A stretch of 64,000 nt of DNA from positions 28 to 64,027 of the forward strand of contig CAYTNT010000002.1 in NCBI GenBank assembly GCA_964439235.1, read 5' to 3'. The position numbers were made by a program, and so were the translations under genes. This stretch comes from an uncultured Rhodoluna sp. Its GTDB lineage: Bacteria; Actinomycetota; Actinomycetes; Actinomycetales; Microbacteriaceae. Positions within the stretch are counted from its first letter, which is position 1; every line of letters starts with the position of its first letter. Positions 29,252 through 37,703 of this stretch are shown here, piece after piece. A model generated the notes under the pieces. That model had not been told where the DNA came from, ran no database searches, and saw only the letters and a list, made by a program, of their open reading frames with translations.

Positions 29252-30495
29252 CGCAGGCTCACCTTTACCGGCATGCGCTTGATGCCGTGCACAAAGTTCG
29301 AGCGCAAGTAGTCAATCTCGCCGGTGATTTCCATCTTGTCGATGCGGCCGATGAGGTCTTCGAACATCACGCGCAGCTCGATGCGTGCCAGTGCGTTGCC
29401 GAGGCACATGTGGGGTCCGCCACGACCGAAGGTCATGTGCTCGTTCGGGTTGCGCTGAACGTCGAACTTGTCGGGGTTTTCAAAGATAGCGTCGTCGCGG
29501 TTGCCAGAAGCGAACCAGGTGACGACCTTCTCGCCTTCCTTGATGTTCTTGCCGTTGATTACGGCATCCTTGGTTGCGGTGCGACGGAAGTGGTAGACGG
29601 GGCTGGCGTAACGCAAGAACTCTTCGACAGCCCACGGAATGAGGTCCGGGTTCTCTTGCAAAATTGCCAACTGGTCAGGGTTCTGAATCAGGTTGCGCAT
29701 GGTGTGCGTGATGGTGTGGCGAGTGGTTTCGTTTCCGGCAACCACCAGCAGTAAGAAGTTGGTGTGGAAGTCGCGCTCCGATAGCGGGATGCCGTCACTC
29801 ATCTCACCGTTGACCAGAACCGAGACCAGGTCGGTGCCGTCCTTGCCGCGGCGCTCCTTAGCCAATGCGTCGCCATAGGCGAAGACCTCGAGAGCCGCAG
29901 GCGAACGGAACGGAACTAGGCGGAACTCCTCGCTCTCGGCCGAGTTGATCAGCACGTCTGCGTGCTCTGGGTCATCGAAACCGACCATGCGGTTTCCCCA
30001 GTCGATCAGCTTGTGGGTGTCTTCGACCGGCACGTCGAGAAGGCGAACCAGTACGTTGATCGGAAAGTCGGCTGCAACCTCTGACACAAAGTCGAACTCG
30101 CCCTTCGCGAATGCGTTGTCGAGCGTCGTGGCGGTAATGCCGCGCAGGAAAGTCTCGTACTTTGCGACTGCGGCTGGAGTGAACTGCCCCTGAAGTAGTC
30201 GACGCAACGCGCGGTGGCGCGAACCATCGGTCTCAAGTAGCGAGCGACGGGCCTCTTCTTGTTCGGCATCCACCTCTTCTAGGTTGGTGAAACGCTCGCT
30301 GGTGAAGGTAGCCGGGTCACGCAGAACCTGAACGATGTCGTGGTAGCCGGTTACCGCCCAGAAACCACTGTTCGGGGCTTCTTCCTCGTTCCAGTGCACA
30401 GGGTCATGCTTGCGCAGTTCGGCGAATTCGGCCCAAGGGGCACCTTTTTCGAAAAGGTCTAGATCTGCGAGGTTGATGTTCGACGCTGAGGACAT
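29248..30495 (-). CDS. Cytochrome P450
   Basis: I-helix AGNETT, ExxR (EEFLR), SGNRD, heme motif FGRGGPHMCLG. The start is probably ATG 30495. Confidence 0.96.
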   Translation of the reverse strand: MSSASNINLADLDLFEKGAPWAEFAELRKHDPVHWNEEEAPNSGFWAVTGYHDIVQVLRDPATFTSERFTNLEEVDAEQEEARRSLLETDGSRHRALRRLLQGQFTPAAVAKYETFLRGITATTLDNAFAKGEFDFVSEVAADFPINVLVRLLDVPVEDTHKLIDWGNRMVGFDDPEHADVLINSAESEEFRLVPFRSPAALEVFAYGDALAKERRGKDGTDLVSVLVNGEMSDGIPLSERDFHTNFLLLVVAGNETTRHTITHTMRNLIQNPDQLAILQENPDLIPWAVEEFLRYASPVYHFRRTATKDAVINGKNIKEGEKVVTWFASGNRDDAIFENPDKFDVQRNPNEHMTFGRGGPHMCLGNALARIELRVMFEDLIGRIDKMEITGEIDYLRSNFVHGIKRMPVKVSLR

Positions 30496-30513
30496 CCGTG
30501 TATCTCCAAGAAA

Positions 30514-30531
30514 TCGTTTGGGTGCTAACAA
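30514..30531. promoter_or_regulatory. Palindromic operator copy 4 (P450 promoter)
   Basis: TCGTTTG-GGTG-CTAACAA downstream of a minus-strand -10 TAGTCT (30538-30543). Confidence 0.75.
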
Positions 30532-30580
30532 TCTCAAAGACTAGTGAATAACAATCTGAAACACTCGCGATTCATCTAAA

Positions 30581-30598
30581 TCGTTATGAACCAAACGA
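30581..30598. promoter_or_regulatory. Palindromic operator copy 5 (marR promoter)
   Basis: TCGTTAT-GAAC-CAAACGA, 66 nt upstream of the marR start codon. Confidence 0.78.
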
Positions 30599-30664
30599 TA
30601 GACAATTGACTAGCAAAAGTTTTGACAGTGCCTTCGACACCGAGGGCAAATCGAGGAGGTCGAC

Positions 30665-31168
30665 ATGGCTGGAGCGCACACGCTTGCCGAAACCGAGCGC
30701 CAGGTCTCAGACCGACTCAAGGGAATGACGATCGACTTCAAGGCTATGGCCGTCACCTCTAACCTCTTTCGCGCCGCTACCGCGGTTCGCAATCACCTAG
30801 AGCGCTCGGTGCTGGCGCCGCACGATCTTTCTTGGACCGCATTCGTGGTGCTCTGGGTGGTCTGGATTTGGGAGCCAATCGAGACTCGACAGATTGCCGC
30901 CGAGGGCGGTTTTTCGAAGGCCACCCTGACCGGTGTTCTAAGCACGCTCGAGAATCGAAAGCTCGCCGTGCGCAAGAAGAGCAGCAACGATGGCCGCTTA
31001 GTTTTGGTTGAGCTGACCCCCGCCGGGCGTCGGCTGATGAAAGAACTGTTCCCCGAGTTCAACGCTCAGGAGCAATTCGTGGCGAAGGCGCTAGAGGCCT
31101 CCATTCAAGATGCAACCGCGGATGCGTTGCGCAAGATCACCGCGAAAATCGAGGCCAACGAGCAGTAA
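30665..31168 (+). CDS. MarR-family transcriptional regulator
   Basis: LSWTAFVVL, SKATLTGVLSTLE, wing motif DGRLVLVELTPAGR. SD GGAGG. Confidence 0.93.
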   Translation: MAGAHTLAETERQVSDRLKGMTIDFKAMAVTSNLFRAATAVRNHLERSVLAPHDLSWTAFVVLWVVWIWEPIETRQIAAEGGFSKATLTGVLSTLENRKLAVRKKSSNDGRLVLVELTPAGRRLMKELFPEFNAQEQFVAKALEASIQDATADALRKITAKIEANEQ

Positions 31169-31199
31169 CCCGAGTTGCCGCTGAGCCGTTTCGGGGCCG

Positions 31200-31919
31200 T
31201 TATCGGCTAGCGGCCGCCGCCTTCTCGACAAACTTGCGCACGATTTCTAACTGACCGGCCTCGGTTTCAAAGTTGTCTTCGGGGTGCCACTGGACACCGT
31301 AACCCCAGCTAAGGGCCTCGTACTTAACCGCCTCGATGTTGTTGGTGCTGCCCGCACGCGCCAAGACCGTTACACCCTCGCCGAGTACGTTGAGCTGCTG
31401 GTGGTGAAAGCAGGATGCGAGCACACTCGAAACGCTCAGCCCGAGCTCGCGCTCGTGACCAGCGAGCGAAACCTGCTCCAGGTGAACCAGGGTCGGCGCA
31501 TCGGTTCGGTGCGGGTTGTTCATGTGCTGCACCAGCGAGCCACCGAGGTGCACATTGGTGATTTGGGTGCCGCGGCAAATAGTTAGCAGCGGAATGTCAT
31601 TCGCGAAAACGTGATTAAGCAATTGCAGATCGACGAGATCCTGAAGTCGATCGACCCCGTAGACGTGCTCGGACTCGATTTCTTCGCCGTACAGATGAGG
31701 GTCGACGTCAGAACCGCCAGGCATCAATACGCCGCTGATACCGGCCAGGCGCTGGGTCCAGTCCGAGTCCATGACCGGCAGAAGGGTCACCGGTTCACCG
31801 CCGGCCGCCCAGACTAGTTCGAGCAGGTTGCGCGCATTGATTACGGCCCCGTATCGGTTTGCCGTGGTGTGCTCGGCAAAGCGTCCAACGATGGCGATGC
31901 GGGGTCTGCTGATGCCCAT
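31200..31919 (-). CDS. Gamma-glutamyl-gamma-aminobutyrate hydrolase family (peptidase C26, PuuD-like)
   Basis: PGGSDVDPHLYG, ICRGTQ, GGSLVQH, FHHQ, GVQWHPE. Confidence 0.9.
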   Translation of the reverse strand: MGISRPRIAIVGRFAEHTTANRYGAVINARNLLELVWAAGGEPVTLLPVMDSDWTQRLAGISGVLMPGGSDVDPHLYGEEIESEHVYGVDRLQDLVDLQLLNHVFANDIPLLTICRGTQITNVHLGGSLVQHMNNPHRTDAPTLVHLEQVSLAGHERELGLSVSSVLASCFHHQQLNVLGEGVTVLARAGSTNNIEAVKYEALSWGYGVQWHPEDNFETEAGQLEIVRKFVEKAAAASR

Positions 31920-31983
31920 CTGCGCACACTCCAAATTGTTATAAAACGTCGCGTCTTCGCTAATCAGTATGCCTTATCCTAAA

Positions 31984-32001
31984 TCATTAGTATCCGAATG
32001 A
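31984..32001. promoter_or_regulatory. Palindromic operator copy 6 (ring-cleavage operon promoter)
   Basis: TCATTAG-TATC-CGAATGA right after -10 TATCCT (31975-31980). Confidence 0.72.
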
Positions 32002-32047
32002 TTTTTGGATTTTTGGTGCCAAATCTGTTCTGCCGAGGGAGCCAGCG

Positions 32048-33523
32048 ATGACTTCAAACCAAGCGACCATCGAAGTTGCCGGAGCGCAAATCGATACCCG
32101 CCACTTCATCGGCGGAAAGCGCGTTGCTTCGGCCGAAACCTTCACAAACGCGTCACCGATTGACGGCCGGTTTCTAGGTGAATTTTCACGCGGCACCGCA
32201 ACCGAAGTTGACCTGGCCGTGCAGGCGGCCCGTGCCGCATTTCCAGCCTGGCGAGACCTAGGTCCAAAGCGCCGCGGCGAGCTGCTAGAAAACCTGGCCA
32301 AGCTAATCGAAGAGAACGTCGAAACCCTCGCCCAGATCGAAACCCTCGACAACGGAGCACTGTTGCGTTCGCACCGCCGCGGAGTGATGCCGCGCGCCGC
32401 GATGAACATTCGTTTCTTTGCCGAGTGGGCGCAAAACGAGCTGAAGCACCCAGACTTTGAGACTCGAGGCCACACCAACAAAATTTCGTGGGACCCATCC
32501 GGTGTTGCGGCCCTGATCACCCCGTGGAACGCACCGCTGATGCTCGCCACGTGGAAGATTGGTCCGGCGCTTGCTGCGGGCGACACCGTGGTCTTGAAGC
32601 CGGCCGAGTGGACTCCGATGAGCGCATCCTTCTTTGCCGACTTGACCAAGCAGGCTGGCATTCCAGACGGCGTTTTCAACGTGGTGTTCGGCTTCGGTGC
32701 CGAGGCCGGAGCGCCACTCACTGCGCATCCAGGCATTTCGCGAATTTCATTTACCGGCTCGGTGCCAACCGCCAAGATCATCGCGCACGCCGCTGCTGAC
32801 AACCTGACTCCGGTTAGCTTCGAACTCGGTGGCAAGAGCCCGCTGCTGGTCTTCGAGGACGCAGACCTCGACCTCGCAGCGCACCTCGCGGTTGAGCAGT
32901 ACGACAACGCGGGTCAGGTCTGCCTTTCGGGCACTCGCATCTTGGTTCACGAATCGGTGGCAGATGAATTCGCCGCCAAGTTTGCCGAGAAAGCGGCCGC
33001 GGTCAAGCAGGGCGACCCGCGCGACGAAACCACAGACATTGGCCCGCAGGTGCACCAAAAGCACTTCGACCGAATCAAGGGATTCGTTGACCGCGCCAAG
33101 GCCGAGGGTGCCAACATCGTGCTCGGTGGTGGCCCGAACGAAGAACTCGGCGGACTCTACTTCAAGCCGACACTGGTGAAGAACCCGACCCCGGGCAGCG
33201 AGATCGTGACTCAAGAGATTTTTGGTCCGGTGCTGTGCATGCAAACCTTCAAGACCGACGAAGAAGCACTCGAGATGGCCAACGGCACTGAGTTCGGCCT
33301 CGCCGCGGTAGTGGTTTCGGGCAACCGCGAGCACGCCGAGCGAGTAACCAAGAACCTCGTGGCCGGCACCATCTGGGTCAACTGCTTCTTCGTGCGCGAT
33401 CTGCGGGCGCCGTTCGGTGGCTCAAAGAAGTCGGGCATCGGTCGCGACGGCGGCACGTGGTCATTCGACTTCTACGCAGACGTAAAGAACACTGTTTTCG
33501 CTCCAAATGGATGGAAGGAATAA
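32048..33523 (+). CDS. Aldehyde dehydrogenase, hydroxymuconic-semialdehyde type (HpaE/XylG-like)
   Basis: ITPWNAP, FTGS, ELGGKSP, GQVCLSG, EIFGP, WVNCFFVRDLRAPFGG. Confidence 0.88.
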   Translation: MTSNQATIEVAGAQIDTRHFIGGKRVASAETFTNASPIDGRFLGEFSRGTATEVDLAVQAARAAFPAWRDLGPKRRGELLENLAKLIEENVETLAQIETLDNGALLRSHRRGVMPRAAMNIRFFAEWAQNELKHPDFETRGHTNKISWDPSGVAALITPWNAPLMLATWKIGPALAAGDTVVLKPAEWTPMSASFFADLTKQAGIPDGVFNVVFGFGAEAGAPLTAHPGISRISFTGSVPTAKIIAHAAADNLTPVSFELGGKSPLLVFEDADLDLAAHLAVEQYDNAGQVCLSGTRILVHESVADEFAAKFAEKAAAVKQGDPRDETTDIGPQVHQKHFDRIKGFVDRAKAEGANIVLGGGPNEELGGLYFKPTLVKNPTPGSEIVTQEIFGPVLCMQTFKTDEEALEMANGTEFGLAAVVVSGNREHAERVTKNLVAGTIWVNCFFVRDLRAPFGGSKKSGIGRDGGTWSFDFYADVKNTVFAPNGWKE

Positions 33524-33528
33524 CAACT

Positions 33529-34440
33529 ATGGGTGAAGTGGTAGGTGCAGCGCTCCTCGCGCACGTTCCGACAATCATGCTGCCCGAGGCGGTTCGCAAA
33601 GACCTCAATAACGGGCAAGAGATCAGCCTGGTTCCCGGTCTGAAGAAGCTTCGTCAAGACGTATTCGAAACCCTCGACTACGACACCGTTGTGGTTCTCG
33701 ACTCGCACTGGGCAACCACCGTCGAGTTCGTCATCACCTCGGCCGCCGAGCGCTCTGGTTTGTTCACCTCAGAAGAGCTTCCGCGCGGCATGACCCAGAT
33801 TCCTTACTCGATCAAGGGTGACCCTGAGCTTGCCAACGCCGTCTCGAAGTATGACGAAAAGAACGGCACCTGGATTACTCCAATCGCCGACCCGCACCTG
33901 CCGATCTTCTATGCGACCGTGAACCTTTGGCACTACCTGGGTCGCGGCCTCGACGAAAAGCGCTGGATCTCGATGTCGGTCTGCCAGACCGGCACCCCAG
34001 AGGACTTCATTCGTGCTGGCCGCGCGCTCGGCGAGGCCATTCGCGACAGTGACCGCAAGGTGCTGCTAATCGCATCCGGTGCTCTGTCACACACCTTCCA
34101 CAAGCTGCGCGACCTGCGCAAGCACGAGGCCAGCGACCCGAAGCACATCTACAGCAAAGAGGCATACGAATATGACCTTCAGGTGCTCGAATGGATGAAG
34201 GCCGGCAACCACAAGGCGATCCTCGACGACTTCCCGAACTTTAAGAAGTACAAGCCTGAGGCCGGTTTCTTTCACTACCTGGCCATGGCCGGTGCCATCG
34301 GTGAAGAGGCCTGGCAGTCAAAGGGCGAGCTCTACAGCGAATACGAAAACTCAATCGGAACCGGTCAGGTTCACGTCTGGTTCCCGCCTCAACCGGGCGG
34401 ATTCCCTAAGCCAAAGGATCTGGTGCTATCTCGTGACTGA
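33529..34440 (+). CDS. LigB-superfamily extradiol dioxygenase (HpaD-like 3,4-dihydroxyphenylacetate 2,3-dioxygenase)
   Basis: AHVPTIML, DSHW, SEELP, ASGALSHTF, YENSIGTGQ. Confidence 0.88.
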   Translation: MGEVVGAALLAHVPTIMLPEAVRKDLNNGQEISLVPGLKKLRQDVFETLDYDTVVVLDSHWATTVEFVITSAAERSGLFTSEELPRGMTQIPYSIKGDPELANAVSKYDEKNGTWITPIADPHLPIFYATVNLWHYLGRGLDEKRWISMSVCQTGTPEDFIRAGRALGEAIRDSDRKVLLIASGALSHTFHKLRDLRKHEASDPKHIYSKEAYEYDLQVLEWMKAGNHKAILDDFPNFKKYKPEAGFFHYLAMAGAIGEEAWQSKGELYSEYENSIGTGQVHVWFPPQPGGFPKPKDLVLSRD

Positions 34441-35311
34441 AATTCGTCGAATCCTGCTTGACGGCTACCCGGTTCAGGTCGAACGCCGAGGCGAGCAGCT
34501 CATCGCGCCCGATGGCCGTTCGATTGCCATCGAGGATGCGGTTCACCTGCCGCCCGCCGAGCCAACCAAGATCATTGCCGTGCACCTGAACTACGACAGT
34601 CGCACGCAAGAGTTCATGACCAAGCTGCCACCAGCGCCAACCTACTTTCACAAGCCAATCACCGCACTGAACAGCCACAAGGGCGCTGTCGTGCGTCCGG
34701 CTGGCTGCAAGTGGCTCAACTACGAGGGTGAAATCGTGATTGTGATCGGCAAGACCTGCCGCAACATCTCACCTGAAGAGGCTGGCGAGTACATCGCCGG
34801 CTACACCGTAGGAAACGACTACGGTCTGCACGATTTCCGTGACACCGACGCCGGTTCGATGCTTCGCGTCAAGGGTTCTGACACCTTGGCTCCGGTTGGT
34901 CCAGGTCTGGTCACCGACTGGGACTTCCGAAACAAGATGATTCGCACCTATGTCAACGGCGTCGTCAAGCAAGAGGACAACACCGACAACATGGAGTGGG
35001 ACATGCACTACCTGGTTGCCGACATCGCTCGCACCATCACGCTGGTGCCTGGTGACATGTTGTTCTCGGGCACGCCTGCCTACTCGCGTCCGGTGCAGCC
35101 GGGCGATGTGGTCGAGGTTGAGGTCGAAGGTCTCGGCCGCCTAACCAACCATATCGTTGAAGGCCCGACCCCGATTCGCACTGACGTTGGTGCGCAGCCA
35201 ACCGAGAGCGAAGAGGTAATCTCGACCGCACTCGGCGGCGACTGGGAGTTCCGAGGCATTCGCACCCCAAGCAAAGACCTGTATCCATCAACCGTGGAGG
35301 AGAAGCAATGA
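34433..35311 (+). CDS. Fumarylacetoacetate hydrolase-family decarboxylase/isomerase (HpaG-like)
   Basis: KIIAVHLNY, FHKP, YEGE, GNDYG, KGSDT, GDMLFSGTP. GTG overlaps the upstream stop region. Confidence 0.9.
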   Translation: MTEIRRILLDGYPVQVERRGEQLIAPDGRSIAIEDAVHLPPAEPTKIIAVHLNYDSRTQEFMTKLPPAPTYFHKPITALNSHKGAVVRPAGCKWLNYEGEIVIVIGKTCRNISPEEAGEYIAGYTVGNDYGLHDFRDTDAGSMLRVKGSDTLAPVGPGLVTDWDFRNKMIRTYVNGVVKQEDNTDNMEWDMHYLVADIARTITLVPGDMLFSGTPAYSRPVQPGDVVEVEVEGLGRLTNHIVEGPTPIRTDVGAQPTESEEVISTALGGDWEFRGIRTPSKDLYPSTVEEKQ

Positions 35312-35499
35312 TCAAGATCAACGTGGACATGACCAAGTGCCAGCACTACGGTCAGTGCGTGTTCGAAGCCCCAAACGTATTCAAGCTGAACGACGACGAC
35401 AAGCTCGAGTACACGGCAACCGCTGACGACTCAGAGCGCGCTAACGTCGAGGCAGCCATCGACATCTGCCCAATGCAGGCAATCTTCATCGTTGACTAA
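35308..35499 (+). CDS. Single-cluster ferredoxin, [3Fe-4S]-type, CxxYxxC...CP
   Basis: CQHYGQC...CPMQAI, 63 aa, ATGA overlap with the upstream gene. Confidence 0.92.
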   Translation: MIKINVDMTKCQHYGQCVFEAPNVFKLNDDDKLEYTATADDSERANVEAAIDICPMQAIFIVD

Positions 35500-36691
35500 T
35501 CCCGTCGTCATCGTCGGCGCATCGATGGGTGGCTTGCGGGCCGCCGAATCGCTGCGTCGCTTTGGCTATGCCGGGCCAATAACGGCAATCGGCGCCGAGG
35601 CGTATCCGCCATACAATCGCCCGCCGCTCTCGAAAGAGGTTTTGGCCGCCGAGGTGAGCCTAGAGGCGGTAGCTTTTCCGCAGCGGCCGGCCACCGCGGA
35701 CGTCAACTGGAAGCTCGGCACTCGAGTCGTGGCAAGCGACTTGCGGCTCGGTACCGTTACCACCGACACCGGCGAGACGATTGCATACTCGAAACTGATC
35801 ATCGCTACCGGCCTGAGACCAAAGCGCCAACAGTACGTCAACAACCTCAGCGAAGGCCGTCACGTGATTCGCGGGCTGGATGATGCCCTGGCATTGCGCG
35901 CAGCACTCAAGCCAGGCGCAAAAGTTGTAATTCTGGGCACGGGATTCATCGGATGCGAAACCGCAGCCACCGCTCGCAAACTCGGGGCAGAGGTCACCCT
36001 CGTGGGGCAGGGGCGTCTGCCGATTGAGCGACCGCTCGGGGCCGAATTCGCTACTGAGATCAAGCGTCGCCAAGAAGCTGAAGGCGTGAAGTTCGTGATG
36101 GGTCGCCGCGTTGTCGATCTGGTCGGCGAAGCGCGGGTCGAGGCAGTTGTGCTGGATGACGGCACCCGACTCGACTGCGACGTTTTCATCGAGTCCATCG
36201 GTTCGCATCCCAACATCGAGTTTTTGCACGGTCAAGACATAGACCTCTCTGACGGAATCGTGGTCGACGAGCATTTAAATGCACGCAAGAGCAGCGACGG
36301 TGTTTGGTCAGACGTCTACGTGGTCGGCGATGTCGCGAGCTTTCCGAATCCGGTTTTCGATGAGGTTCCGCGTCGAGTTGAGCACTGGAACATTCCCACC
36401 GAGTGCGCCAAGTACGCCGGAGCCCGCATCGCGGCCGAGCTGGGTGGCACCGAGGTCTCGAGTGCCCCGTTTGCGCCGATCCCTTCGTTCTGGAGCGACC
36501 AGTTCGAGATGCACATCCTCGCCTTTGGTCTGTTGGCGCTCGCCGAAGAATCGCGCCTGATTGATGGCCAACTGGACGGCGATTTCGTGTTTGGCTATTA
36601 CCGTTCGGGTCGCATGGTTGGCGTAGCCGGAATCGGCATGCGTTCAGTGGTTCAGGGCTACCGCAAAGAATTCGAATACTCGGCAAGTTAG
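35492..36691 (+). CDS. NAD(P)H-ferredoxin reductase
   Basis: GASMGG, YNRPPLSK, GTGFIGCE, GDVA, RVEHW, PSFWSDQ. Confidence 0.93.
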   Translation: MTNPVVIVGASMGGLRAAESLRRFGYAGPITAIGAEAYPPYNRPPLSKEVLAAEVSLEAVAFPQRPATADVNWKLGTRVVASDLRLGTVTTDTGETIAYSKLIIATGLRPKRQQYVNNLSEGRHVIRGLDDALALRAALKPGAKVVILGTGFIGCETAATARKLGAEVTLVGQGRLPIERPLGAEFATEIKRRQEAEGVKFVMGRRVVDLVGEARVEAVVLDDGTRLDCDVFIESIGSHPNIEFLHGQDIDLSDGIVVDEHLNARKSSDGVWSDVYVVGDVASFPNPVFDEVPRRVEHWNIPTECAKYAGARIAAELGGTEVSSAPFAPIPSFWSDQFEMHILAFGLLALAEESRLIDGQLDGDFVFGYYRSGRMVGVAGIGMRSVVQGYRKEFEYSAS

Positions 36692-36701
36692 AGAGGCAAA
36701 C

Positions 36702-36971
36702 ATGGCATCGTTCTTTGATCTGGATGTGAATTTTGACGACGAGGTTCCAGACCTCTCGAAGCTATCGGCCACCGAACTCAAGGCTGCGATTGACCAATTG
36801 CCGGATGCGTTGCGCGAGGTCGCGATGGGCATCCTCTATGAAAAGCGCACGTTCAGCGACGTGTCTCAGGCTCTGGGTATTCGACAGGGCGAACTCGTGA
36901 CCCGACTGCACCGAGCCCAGCTGGCCATCGGCATGTCGATGATGCAGAACCGCGGCCGAGGCGAGCACTAG
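36702..36971 (+). CDS. Stand-alone sigma-70 region 4-like HTH protein
   Basis: AIDQLPDALREV...FSDVSQALGIRQGELVTRLHRA. No region 2. SD GAGG. Confidence 0.75.
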   Translation: MASFFDLDVNFDDEVPDLSKLSATELKAAIDQLPDALREVAMGILYEKRTFSDVSQALGIRQGELVTRLHRAQLAIGMSMMQNRGRGEH

Positions 36972-37032
36972 CCGAGATAGTTTCCCCAGTAGTATTCAGT
37001 CACGCTACTCGACGAATTCTTTAGGGGGAGAA

Positions 37033-37476
37033 ATGTCGAAGAAAACTCAGCCATACGAAGCAAGCCACTTCCTGGCAACTCTTGCGGCTAGCGCAATCGT
37101 CGGGGGTCCGGTCTTGGTTTTCGCCGCGGCGAGCACTGAATGGGCGGGAGGTTTGATGCTTGTGCTGCTCGCAATCGTTTTCATTATCGGTGTGCCCACA
37201 GAGTACTTCTGGGTTTCGAGGATGCGTCAACCAACCCTAGCTAGGGCTTACGGGGCTTACCTTGTGACGGGCACACTCGGAACCCTGGTTGCCCTCATAA
37301 TCGGCTGGTTCTATACGAACGGCTACAGCGGCTGGGGCGGGATTTTGCTGTACATAATCGGTGGCTTCTTCCTGCTCGGCTACGTGCCTGCGATGCTAAT
37401 AGCTCGGGGAATTTACGGCCCGCTCCAGCGCGCGATCGCCAAAAACCTGGACGACCAGCAAAACCCGCAAGTTTAG
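37033..37476 (+). CDS. Hypothetical 4-TM membrane protein
   Basis: SD GGGGAG, four hydrophobic segments. Confidence 0.65.
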   Translation: MSKKTQPYEASHFLATLAASAIVGGPVLVFAAASTEWAGGLMLVLLAIVFIIGVPTEYFWVSRMRQPTLARAYGAYLVTGTLGTLVALIIGWFYTNGYSGWGGILLYIIGGFFLLGYVPAMLIARGIYGPLQRAIAKNLDDQQNPQV

Positions 37477-37686
37477 TTAAAGACCCTGCTTGGCGCGCCA
37501 ATAGGCGACCAGAGCATTCGCGTGACCGTGCCCGATTTTGTGCTGCTCTTTCAGCCAAGCGACCTGTTCCATGTGCTTGAGGTCACGAACCTGCTCGAGT
37601 AGGTCGAACCAGTGCTGCACGGGCTGGCCGTACTTCTTTTCGATCGACGGAAAATAACTTGCGGGGCCCTTTACCGGTTCGGTCAT
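37477..37686 (-). CDS. DUF4287-family protein
   Basis: GPASYFPSIEKKYG...WLKEQHKIGHGHANALV. SD GAGG. Confidence 0.88.
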   Translation of the reverse strand: MTEPVKGPASYFPSIEKKYGQPVQHWFDLLEQVRDLKHMEQVAWLKEQHKIGHGHANALVAYWRAKQGL

Positions 37687-37703
37687 CGACGTATCCTCAC
37701 TGT

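Noticed and set aside
29248-30495. Steroid side-chain P450 (CYP125/142) working with the ChoD-like gene
   Set aside because: The motifs are only clan-level. It shares an operator with amine and ring-cleavage genes, and no steroid catabolic genes are in the window.
24469-36971. Secondary-metabolite biosynthetic cluster (MppR-like, P450, GATase)
   Set aside because: No NRPS, PKS, MppP/Q or other scaffold enzyme is present. An importer plus meta-cleavage enzymes points to catabolism.
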